This document shows, one piece after another, positions 55,874 through 64,000 of a DNA stretch of 64,000 bases (within the stretch, counting starts at the first letter, position 1; each line of letters begins with the position of its first letter). Position numbers and translations under genes: made by a program. Source of the DNA: a bacterium (GTDB lineage: Bacteria; Hinthialibacterota; Hinthialibacteria; Hinthialibacterales; Hinthialibacteraceae); contig JBHGBC010000008.1 of assembly GCA_041946805.1 (NCBI GenBank), positions 12,004 to 76,003 of the forward strand, in the 5' to 3' direction. The notes under the pieces are model-generated. The model searched no databases, had not been told where the DNA came from, and worked only from the letters and a program-made list of their open reading frames with translations.

Positions 55874-56842
55874 TCAGCAATCTAGTTTTATCATGTAAAA
55901 ACTAACATTCGAGACGATAGGTTTTGAAATTGCGAGGACGACTTTTTGCCGGGGCGTCAGCCATACTCTCGCGAGAAACATCAGTTCCTGCGCGTTGAGG
56001 CGCAAGTTCTTCACGTGGGATTGCCGGACGTGATAGCGCTTGGTGTTGTACAGAAAGAGCCAGGGCGCGTCTTCCCCCGCAATTTGCTCCGCCTGTTGGT
56101 AGAGTTGGTTCCGTTCCTTCTCGTCCGTGGTGGCGATGGCTTGCTCGTGCAGGCGGCCGAATTCAGGATTGGCGTAGGCTGAGTGATTCGGTCCCGCGGG
56201 GCAGAGGTCAGGACCGTCGAGCAGGGCCAGGAAATTCTCCGGCTCCGGCCCGTCCGCCACCCAGGTCATGCGGAGCAAGACCGGTTCGTAATGGTCCAGC
56301 GATTCCAGGTGCCGGCTCCAGCCGACCATCCGCAGCTGTACAATCACTCCGATTTTACTGAGTTGTTCCCGCACGGCCTCGGCCACGTTTTCGTTCAGGG
56401 TTTCCGCGCTGTTCAATTGCCAAGTGACCTCTGCCAATCCCTGCCTGTTGGGTAATCCGCCAGGACCATGAGTTCGTGGGCTTTATCCAGGTCTTACGGA
56501 CACCCTTCCACCGGATCAGCGAATATTCCACATCGCGGGCGGTGACTTCGCGGCTCTTGCCATCCGGAAAACAGGGATCATCGTGAAAATCCACGCCCTT
56601 CCGGATTTTGAAAGTTTATTCCAGGCCATCCGCGGACAGGCGTACGATTCGGCGATGCCGGACCGCGGATTCAGACTGCACAGCGTGCCTTCTTCGTTTG
56701 TCCGGAACAGGCCTTCCAGATGAACACCGGAAGGAGTGATTACACCCTGGCATGTGGGATAGTCGAAACATGTCCCTGGACCGCCGCAATTGCTTAACAA
56801 CGGCAGGCTTCCGAAGATCATGCAGATGACCGGATTCCGCAT
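55874..56842 (-). pseudogene. decayed ABC substrate-binding protein, family 5 (peptide/nickel type)
   Basis: Three frames are needed. (1) Leader MRNPVICMIFGSLPLLSNCGG...GIAESY. (2) After a frameshift, ...RLSADGLE-TAA(56616-56618)-TFKIRKGVDFHDDPCFPDGKSREVTARDVEYSLIR. (3) A C-terminal 187-aa piece (ORF 55874..56437). About 200-250 aa of the middle are missing. Confidence 0.8.
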
Positions 56843-56940
56843 GCATCGTTTCTCGATCCAATCCGGAACCTGGCATGGATAGAGGCCCTGGCCGGGTTTA
56901 AAACAATCAATCGGCGCGTAGCAATGATCACCGTTTTGTC

Positions 56941-59247
56941 TCAGGAACCGGCATACCGGACGCCTTTGACTTCGGGTTCCGGTTCGAAGCCCGGTTCGAT
57001 CTCGCCGGTGACCGACCAACCCATCTTGAGGCCCGCCACGAACCAGCCCAGGGCCACCATGCCCACGGTGAAGACGGTATCGCCGATGATTCGCAGCCAA
57101 CGCAGGAAGTCCATGATTCCGGTCTGCATGAACTCGGCGGAGCGGGCGTACCACATGCCGTGTTCGACGCTGGCCCAGGTTTGGAGCAATCCGCGGGGCA
57201 GGTCGGAGAGCAGCACCATGAGGGCCAGGCCGATGTTGATCGACCAGAAGGCGAACGACAACACGCCGGTCCGCCACACGTTGCGGGCGGCCAGTCCCTT
57301 GAGGCAGAAGAGGGTGAGGCCAATGCCCAGCATGCCGTACACGCCGAAGAGGGCGGTGTGGCCGTGCACCGGCGTGGTGTTGAGTCCTTGCATGTAATAG
57401 AGGGCGATGGGGGGATTGATGAGAAATCCGAAAAGGCCCGCACCCACCAGGTTCCAAAAAGCCACGGCGATAAAGCAGTAGATGGGCCACTTGTAGGCCT
57501 GGATCCACTGGCGCGCGCGGCTGAGTTCCAGATTCTCGTACGCCTCGAAGCCGATGAGAACGAGGGGGACGACCTCCAGGGCGCTGAAAGTGGCGCCCAA
57601 GGCCAGAATAGGTGTGGGAGTTCCCGTGAAGTAGAGATGATGGAAGGTGCCGATGATACCGCCCGCCAGGAAGACGGAGCAGGAGAACAGCACGGCGGAC
57701 GTGGCGGTGGCGACGCGCAACAGTCCCATGCGGGTAAAGAGAAAAGCGATGACCACGGTGGCGAAGACTTCGAAGAAACCTTCCACCCAAAGATGGATGA
57801 CCCACCAGCGCCAGTATTCGATGATTGAGAGATGCGTCTGGCGGCCCCACATCAGCCCAGCGGTGTAGAAGAGGGCGATGGCTGCGCTGGCGATGAAGAA
57901 CATCACCAGCAAATGGCGGTGTTCCCCGGGCTTTTTGAGGGCGGGCCACAGCGCGCGGCCCATGAGGCCCAGCCACAGGAACAGGCCGATGGTCAAAAAG
58001 ATCTGCCAGAAGCGGCCGAGGTCCACGTATTCCAGGCCCTGGTGGCCGAACCAGTAATTGGCGGTCAGTCCCAGCCGCTGGCGGGTGCCGAGCCAGGTGC
58101 CGAAGAGAGTCCCGGCGACGATGATGACCAGGCAGACGAAGAGAAAATTGACGCCTTGCTTCTGATATTTGGGTTCATAGCCGGAGACGGCGGGCGCCAT
58201 GAAGAGGCCGGTGGCCAGCCAGGCGGTGGCGATCCAGAAAATGGCCAGTTGCACGTGCCAGGTGCGGCTGACGGCGTACGGCAAAAATTGGGCGAGGGGG
58301 AAGCCGTAGAAGCCGGAGCCTTCAACCCCATAGTGGGCCGTGATCGCGCCCATGGTGACCTGCACCAGGATGAGGGCGATTACCACCCAGAAATATTTCA
58401 GCGTGGCGTTCATGGATGGCGTGGGCCGCAGCGCCAGCAGGGGATCGCGGTCCGGCAGCGGCGGCTCTTCCCCGGTCTTGGGTTTGCTCACGGCGTAATA
58501 CCAGGCCAGGGCGCTGATGCCGGCCAGCAGCAACACGAAACTGAGCACCGACCAAACCACGATGGGGCCGGTGGGCTGATTGTCGATCCAGTGTTCGGGA
58601 GGCCAGTTCTGCGTGTAGCTGATTTCCTGCCCGGGACGGTTGGTGGCGCAAGCCCAGGCGGTCCAGAAGAAGAAGGCGTTCATCAACCGCTGCCGTTCGG
58701 GATCGCGCAGGACAAGCGCGGGGATGGCGTAGGCCTCGCGCAGTCCATCCAAGGCGGGATCCTCGCCGAACAAGGCGGCGTAGTGTTGCCCCACCGCCTC
58801 GATGGCCTGGGCGCGGAGATTCGACACCGTGAGAACCCGGGTTTGCGGATCGTAGGTGTTGGTCCGCAATTCGTTCTTCAGCCGGGCCTTGAGTTCAGCC
58901 TGTTTTTCCACATCCAGCGCGGCGTACGAATCGGAGTTGTAGTCTTGCTTCGCCCAAGAATTCAGCAGCCATTCGCATTCGCGGTGTAGCCAGTCGGCGG
59001 ACCAGTCGGGAGCGACATAGGAGCCATGGCCCCAGATGGTTCCCAACTGGTGGCCGCCGGCCGATTGCCAGACATTCTGGCCGTCGCGGATGTCCTGGCC
59101 CGTGAACAAGGTCCGGCCGTCCGCGGTGGCCACGCGGTCCGGGATGGGAGGCGCCTCGCGGTAGATGACCCATCCATAGTATCCCAGAACCGCGAATGAC
59201 AAGGCGATCACCAAAACCAGGGATGTCCAGAGTTTCCAAAAATTCAT
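56941..59247 (-). CDS. norB: quinol-dependent nitric oxide reductase (qNOR, single-subunit NorB/NorZ type)
   Basis: 768 aa. N-terminal extension ...TLFTGQDIRDGQNVWQSAGGHQLGTIWGHGSYVAPDWSADWLHRE is typical of qNOR. It is followed by a 12-TM haem-copper-oxidase core with conserved His residues. AGGAG RBS. Confidence 0.92.
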   Translation of the reverse strand: MNFWKLWTSLVLVIALSFAVLGYYGWVIYREAPPIPDRVATADGRTLFTGQDIRDGQNVWQSAGGHQLGTIWGHGSYVAPDWSADWLHRECEWLLNSWAKQDYNSDSYAALDVEKQAELKARLKNELRTNTYDPQTRVLTVSNLRAQAIEAVGQHYAALFGEDPALDGLREAYAIPALVLRDPERQRLMNAFFFWTAWACATNRPGQEISYTQNWPPEHWIDNQPTGPIVVWSVLSFVLLLAGISALAWYYAVSKPKTGEEPPLPDRDPLLALRPTPSMNATLKYFWVVIALILVQVTMGAITAHYGVEGSGFYGFPLAQFLPYAVSRTWHVQLAIFWIATAWLATGLFMAPAVSGYEPKYQKQGVNFLFVCLVIIVAGTLFGTWLGTRQRLGLTANYWFGHQGLEYVDLGRFWQIFLTIGLFLWLGLMGRALWPALKKPGEHRHLLVMFFIASAAIALFYTAGLMWGRQTHLSIIEYWRWWVIHLWVEGFFEVFATVVIAFLFTRMGLLRVATATSAVLFSCSVFLAGGIIGTFHHLYFTGTPTPILALGATFSALEVVPLVLIGFEAYENLELSRARQWIQAYKWPIYCFIAVAFWNLVGAGLFGFLINPPIALYYMQGLNTTPVHGHTALFGVYGMLGIGLTLFCLKGLAARNVWRTGVLSFAFWSINIGLALMVLLSDLPRGLLQTWASVEHGMWYARSAEFMQTGIMDFLRWLRIIGDTVFTVGMVALGWFVAGLKMGWSVTGEIEPGFEPEPEVKGVRYAGS

Positions 59248-59792
59248 CGTCCTCTCCTTCCTATGGCGTTAGCTGAAATCAGGGCTATCAACGGAAGACA
59301 AAGCATGAATCGATCTCTCCGGACAATCCGGGAGTGATGTGATTTCTCGATAGGGCGGACGGTTCCCGTATGATGCAGGCGGCCGTGCGCGTGAACGGAG
59401 GAAACTGCACAGCGGCGTCGGGCCCATCCAAGATACGTTTGAACTCCGGCGTTGAGAAGTAAAAGAACGGCCCCCTGAAAAACCGCGCACAGACGAGAGT
59501 GATGCAACACGGAGGAACGGGGGAAGGCCTTATGGCGAATCACCCGAAAATCATCGGAAAATACCACTTCCAGGCCGCAACGGCGGGGGCAAGCGCCGGG
59601 ATTGTTCCAAGAACTCCGGGCTTCCTGACAGACGGGGCAAGGCCGGCAAAATCCCTCGCCCGGCGGTGGGAACGCCGTGTCAGGCTGCGCGGCGCCGAGG
59701 CCTGAAAGACATGTCATAATCGTAGTATCACATTCCTTTATCTAATTTGAGGGAGAGTGTATCCGAGGGAATGAAAAACAACACGGCAGATC

Positions 59793-60215
59793 TTACCGGC
59801 GGATTTTCACGGGTTTGGGTTTTTCCAACAGTTGGGCGATGGTGGTCTGGCTGAGCAGGGCGAGATAGGCGTCCCGCACGGTTTTCCAGCGCTCGTGCAT
59901 GGCGCAGGGATTCTGTTCGGAACAAGTCTCCCGGCCCAGGATGCAGCCATTCCAGCGGCTGACATGCTCGATCGACTCCACCACGTCGAGAAGGGTGATG
60001 GATTGCGGATCGCGGGCCAGGCGGAAGCCGCCGCCGAGCCCCTTTTGCGATTCGAGCAGGCCGTCCCGGGCGAGCAGTTGCAACAGTTTTCCCAGATAAT
60101 TCTTGGGGGCCTTGATGGCCTGGGCGATGCCTGTGGCGCCGGCATAGGCGCTTTCGGGGAGTTCAGCCAGGGCGATCACGGCGCGGATGGCGTGGATACC
60201 AGTTTTAGAGAGCAT
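59793..60215 (-). CDS. Rrf2-family transcriptional regulator (NsrR/IscR-like, three-Cys cluster motif)
   Basis: N-terminal wHTH (TGIHAIRAVIALAE...IAQAIKAPKNYLGKLLQLLARDGLL). C-terminal CILGRETCSEQNPC Cys triad. Located upstream of qNOR. Confidence 0.88.
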   Translation of the reverse strand: MLSKTGIHAIRAVIALAELPESAYAGATGIAQAIKAPKNYLGKLLQLLARDGLLESQKGLGGGFRLARDPQSITLLDVVESIEHVSRWNGCILGRETCSEQNPCAMHERWKTVRDAYLALLSQTTIAQLLEKPKPVKIRR

Positions 60216-60360
60216 GACGGCCTTCGGAAACGGGGAGTAATTAATAACTACATGTCATTGTAGGGATATACCGGCCATCGTCAAGCATGGAGGGAACAAA
60301 GAGAGGAAGGTCTCCGGTTTTTTTGGGGTAGAACCGGAATCCGGGAACTACGATTCTCAA

Positions 60361-60613
60361 ATAGGTTCATCCGGCAATTGAGTACATGTTGACCGAAAAC
60401 GCGTATCAATTTCGTTACTCCAAACCGAAGGATAAACAAATTCCTTCCCATGCAATCTTGGAGAGCCAACGGAGGGGATAGGCGTCTTTGCATGGCTTTC
60501 CTCAACCCGGCCCTCTCCCAGAGGAAGAAGGAATGTAGGGTGGATCTCTCCAACCAGTCTCATCGAAATCCGGCCACGCGTTCGGAAAAATGTACGCACG
60601 TATCGGATGATCC
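60361..60613 (+). mobile_element. MITE-like element, longer variant (253 bp)
   Basis: Left end ataggttcatccggcaattgagtac. Right end gtacgcacgtatcggatgatcc. Interior core hairpin ccctctcccagaggaagaagg. The right arm matches the reverse complement of 29807-29863. Confidence 0.75.
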
Positions 60614-60655
60614 TTTTTTTCTGAGATCCGGAGCTCTGACGAGCTGACAGGTTCA

Positions 60656-62527
60656 TCAATACAGTATCCAGTGTTTGACCGGAACGGGAATTCCCGATTC
60701 CTCGGGCCAGGCGCAGTTGCCGGGGCCGCCGTAAGCGCCCATGTCGCCGCGCATCGTTGCCAATCCAGGTGGCCGGCAAGCGTCGTTGAAGGCTGGATCG
60801 GGATTGCCTGTATCGATACACGGCGAATCGGGCAGCAGATGCAAGTCCGTGGATTCTCCGTCCCCGAGCTGCACAAAACGTGGATCGGCATCGATGTTTC
60901 CCACGCCCGGCCATCCACCCTTGATGCAACTATATGAAACAGGGGCTGTACAGGACGTTACCATCTCGGCTCCTTCATTCCACAAAATGCAGTTGGTTAC
61001 CGTCGATCTGGAGGAAAGATCACAACCAATACCTGTGTTTCCAACGATGGTGCAATTCATTAAATCAAATGGGTTTCCATCAGACGTGACGGTGGTAGAA
61101 ATGGCTGAGTTTCTTTGAACTATGCAGTTATAGAGAAAATTTTTTATTGGGGAATTAATTCCCCATGCATTGCCGCTAACAACAGACCATCCGCCTGAGT
61201 TCTCGGCAATTATGCAGTTCTTAAGAGTGTATCTTTGGCCCCAAATTCCGCTGCATGGTCCATCCTGAACCGAGTTGCCAACAATCTTGCAATTGACCAG
61301 CTGGAATACCCTACCACTCACTCCACCAATCGTCATTCCGGTATTGCCATTGATTGTGCAGTTTTGAATTAGTGGAATTACTGCGTCCGTGGTTTGACCA
61401 AAGAGTACATTAACACTTAAGCCCCCAATCCCCCCACGGTTGCCGCGGATGGTGCAATTCTCCATTCGGCCCCCACCTTCTAGAACACAACCGCCCGTCT
61501 CACCCATTTCCAACACAACATTCCCAGTAATCGTGCAATCGGTCAGCGTTGATTCACCATAGCAAGACACACCCGCCGCGGCATTGTACCAACACCCATC
61601 CGTTTTTTGCGTATTGTCAGCCACGATGCAATCGGTCATGGTGACATTGCGGCCAAGCACCCCGCCCCCACAATTTCCGTAATTTTGGGTGATTTCGCAG
61701 TGACTAAATGCTAAATGAGTATCACTCCATGGCGAATTATACACACCGCCTCCCTCGCCGGCGGCATTTCCACTGATTGCGCAGTCGATGAAAATCGCGG
61801 ATGAATAATCGCCGCAGCGTACCCCTCCGCCTTCGCCACCATGATAACTCTGATCTTTGCACATGTTGTCGTTGATGGATGAATGGGTAAATGCCGCTGA
61901 AGTCCAGCCCGCGCAGTACACCCCACCGCCATTGTAATCGGATACATTTCTGGAGATAGCGCAATGATCAAATAGGATGGAAGATCCTTCCGCGCCGTAC
62001 ACCCCGCCGCCGTCATATCCCATGTTCCCGCTGATTGTGCAATTTGCGAGTAGTATGGAAGAATCCTTAGGGCAAAACACTCCCCCGCCATTACCGCTCG
62101 GAGATCCACCCGTCACGGTAAATCCGTCCAATACCCCGTGATGGGCGGCCTGGACGGCTGTGGCGTTCAGTCCCGTGGCATCGATGATCGTTTCATTCGC
62201 CGCCCAATCTCGTTCCTCCCGGTATGCCTCATTGCCCGAGAAACCTCCATACATGGGAATCAGGTCTTTCATTTCGATGGCCTCTTTGTATCGTCCCGAA
62301 GCCACCCAGATTTCATCGGTATCGACTATCTTGCCTTGATACTCTCGTGTCACCGCTTGGGCGATCCCCGCGGTCAGGCTGGTGCAGGCGTTCGCCCAGT
62401 TCGATCCACTCCCGTCACCTGTAGCGATAGACGAAACATAAATGACATTACCGGTGGCAGACGGAGTGATGCACAAGATGCACAATAATAGAAACAGATT
62501 TGAGTATAGGATGTCTTGCTTGATCAT
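60656..62527 (-). CDS. secreted right-handed parallel beta-helix repeat protein
   Basis: ATG 62527 gives MIKQDILYSNLFLLLCILCITPSATG. About 15 repeats of the form N...GGGV(Y/F/L)....S....(C/N).I..N. C-terminal ...DADPRFV...DLHLLPDSPCIDTGNP, typical of PbH1 proteins. Confidence 0.82.
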   Translation of the reverse strand: MIKQDILYSNLFLLLCILCITPSATGNVIYVSSIATGDGSGSNWANACTSLTAGIAQAVTREYQGKIVDTDEIWVASGRYKEAIEMKDLIPMYGGFSGNEAYREERDWAANETIIDATGLNATAVQAAHHGVLDGFTVTGGSPSGNGGGVFCPKDSSILLANCTISGNMGYDGGGVYGAEGSSILFDHCAISRNVSDYNGGGVYCAGWTSAAFTHSSINDNMCKDQSYHGGEGGGVRCGDYSSAIFIDCAISGNAAGEGGGVYNSPWSDTHLAFSHCEITQNYGNCGGGVLGRNVTMTDCIVADNTQKTDGCWYNAAAGVSCYGESTLTDCTITGNVVLEMGETGGCVLEGGGRMENCTIRGNRGGIGGLSVNVLFGQTTDAVIPLIQNCTINGNTGMTIGGVSGRVFQLVNCKIVGNSVQDGPCSGIWGQRYTLKNCIIAENSGGWSVVSGNAWGINSPIKNFLYNCIVQRNSAISTTVTSDGNPFDLMNCTIVGNTGIGCDLSSRSTVTNCILWNEGAEMVTSCTAPVSYSCIKGGWPGVGNIDADPRFVQLGDGESTDLHLLPDSPCIDTGNPDPAFNDACRPPGLATMRGDMGAYGGPGNCAWPEESGIPVPVKHWILY

Positions 62528-62642
62528 CTTCGTTACGTCCTCTCTTGGATTATGAAGGGCAATCAACGCAGACGGCAGAAATTGGATAAGTCCAAATCAA
62601 ACAATCAATAGGTATTTATGGTGGTATCTGTTTACCCGTCTT

Positions 62643-62827
62643 CTGAAAAAAAGTACGTAACTTTTTACTCAACTGCAGAGACAGGATGCATTTCACCCTT
62701 TCAGGGCTTCCCTCACCCTAATCCTCTCCCAGAGGGAGAGGGGATTTCGGGTCGCTCTCTCCAATCCGTCTAATCAATGTCCGGTCAGGCTCCAGAAAAA
62801 ATGTACACACTTATTGGATGAACCTAT
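62643..62827 (+). repeat. mosaic repeat (TIR fragment, type-2 left arm, core hairpin, right arm ending in a TIR)
   Basis: ctgaaaaaaagtacgtaac | tttttactcaactgcagagacaggatgcatttcaccctttcagggcttccctcaccctaatcctctcccagagggagagggg...gaaaaaatgtacacacttattggatgaacctat. Confidence 0.85.
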
Positions 62828-62855
62828 TTTCCAATTGAACCAATTCGCTTCTCCC

Positions 62856-63851
62856 TCAGTTAAACAACTCCCAACCCGTAACCGAGGAAGTCAACAGCGT
62901 GAGTTCCACCTCCGTGAATGTACACGTGGAATAGAATCCCGGAGAGCCGGAATTACCGATCAGACCGGCGTAAACGGGATCCTTGAACGGGATATCGATC
63001 TGGTGATGAAGCGCCCAGGCTTGGGTGCTTATGTCAAAGTAATACATACTCAGAGAATTTCCGCGCCGTTCGATGCGAAACCTCCCATCGCATACACTCG
63101 CATTAATGGGAGAGGTGAATTTACCGCCCTCGCCGGTTCCCAGGTCCCATCCGGAGTAACCACCGCCGTGATTGGTTACAATAACGGTATAGGAGGCCGT
63201 GTTTGTCGATTGTCCGGCTTCTTCTTGTAGTGCATCAGCCACATGCAGGGCAGCAGGATTCTGCTCAGACCGGTTTTCACCGACAACTTTCGCCTTCAGC
63301 GTGAAGTCACCGCTTACCTGCTTGTAAATAAAATGATAGTATCCCACCGCGTGGATCCGGTACTCTCCGGTTTGGGGATCATAGGCAGCCTCGTTGGGAT
63401 ACTCCAGAACTTCCATGATATCCCGGTGATCGTCGAAGAGGCCCAGCGGTTCCGGTTTGGCCAAAGTCTGGGATGCCATCCCGCCGATCGGAGTGGACCC
63501 GAGCATTCCGGAATACACCACCGCACCGTTCGCGTCCACGGGCGGAGTAATATGGTATTGAAAGATTTGGGATCCATCGAAGGCGGTAAAATCCCACGTG
63601 ATGACGCCATTTGCAAATGTCATCCCGGCCTTGGGATTGATCGCCTCGGTTTTCCATCCCACCGGTGGAGTTTCGGCCACGGTGATCGGTCCCGCGTCTC
63701 CGGTGACTTCGATGGTTACCAGCTGCTTTTGGTCCGGCCAATACACATTATAGGGCAAGGTCCGTACCGCGGTGACTTGAGCCGAGACATCGAGGACAAC
63801 TCCAAGTTCCATGAGCAACGCCAATAGAGAGAGAATGAGTGACCGCTGCAT
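62856..63851 (-). CDS. secreted hypothetical protein, probable jelly-roll (LamG/DUF1349-like) C-terminal domain
   Basis: Signal MQRSLILSLLALLMELGVVLDVSAQ. Beta-rich. ...GDFTLKAKVVGE... and ...RFRIERRGNSLSMYYFD... are reminiscent of concanavalin-like folds. The function is unassigned. Confidence 0.7.
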   Translation of the reverse strand: MQRSLILSLLALLMELGVVLDVSAQVTAVRTLPYNVYWPDQKQLVTIEVTGDAGPITVAETPPVGWKTEAINPKAGMTFANGVITWDFTAFDGSQIFQYHITPPVDANGAVVYSGMLGSTPIGGMASQTLAKPEPLGLFDDHRDIMEVLEYPNEAAYDPQTGEYRIHAVGYYHFIYKQVSGDFTLKAKVVGENRSEQNPAALHVADALQEEAGQSTNTASYTVIVTNHGGGYSGWDLGTGEGGKFTSPINASVCDGRFRIERRGNSLSMYYFDISTQAWALHHQIDIPFKDPVYAGLIGNSGSPGFYSTCTFTEVELTLLTSSVTGWELFN

Positions 63852-63883
63852 TTTTGATACCCCCTGATTGTCAAATTGCCACT

Positions 63884-63968
63884 ATTTACTCGATCGCGGA
63901 GAAAGGATGAATTTCGCCCTTTCAGGGCTTCCCTCACCCTAGCCCTCTCCCGGAGGGAGAGGGAATTC
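63884..63968 (+). repeat. mosaic repeat, type-2 left arm plus core hairpin (may continue past the window end)
   Basis: tatttactcgatcgcggagaaaggatgaatttcgccctttcagggcttccctcaccctagccctctcccggagggagagggaattc. Confidence 0.85.
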
Positions 63969-64000
63969 AATGCCATGGCGGTAACCATCCCGGGGTCAAA

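Noticed and set aside
59244-59717. 157-aa ORF and other small ORFs in the Rrf2-qNOR spacer
   Set aside because: Cys/Arg/Pro-rich translations without motifs. No RBS. The ORF overlaps the norB start codon. Treated as non-coding.

Overview
High-GC bacterial chromosome segment, densely coding on both strands, apparently from an uncultured lineage. A guess of PVC-like affinity rests only on the very long GreA homologue, the many LamG/beta-helix secreted proteins and the repeat content. All domain calls are motif recognition by eye; no database search was run.

Recognisable content, left to right:
- partial ABC ATPase
- hopanoid genes shc and hpnH
- a CbiM/NikM-type ECF metal transporter (M, PDGLE, Q, O)
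- a minus-strand cluster: TPR protein, B12-binding radical SAM enzyme, an N-terminally truncated IspG-like [4Fe-4S] domain protein, and an O-methyltransferase
- YggT, an EEP-family nuclease/phosphatase, bactofilin, a sigma54 (NtrC-type) response regulator, DUF1232
- two tandem paralogous GT-C-like membrane proteins
- MoxR ATPase and tmk
- a four-gene envelope operon ending in a Wzx/MurJ-like flippase
- GH36 alpha-galactosidase, DUF362, LamG
- a low-GC island carrying a stand-alone HsdR_N-type PD-(D/E)xK protein
- an 861-aa GreA-domain protein, tadA, tRNA-Ser(CGA), FapA/DUF342
- a LysM lipoprotein followed by tolQ-tolR-tolA(TonB_C)-tolB-pal
- a roughly 1100-aa fusion of a GH-like domain, Asp-rich calcium-binding repeats and an M14 peptidase domain
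- a membrane protein plus wHTH regulator pair, and a serine hydrolase
- a decayed family-5 substrate-binding-protein pseudogene
- quinol-type NO reductase with an Rrf2 regulator
- two secreted beta-helix / jelly-roll proteins

The most striking structure not explained by genes is a modular, hairpin-forming repeat family at about 18 intergenic loci. It resembles BIMEs (bacterial interspersed mosaic elements) and includes three full-length MITE copies (non-autonomous transposon-like elements of about 213-253 bp) with about 24-bp terminal inverted repeats. No CRISPR array, rRNA gene or transposase gene was seen.
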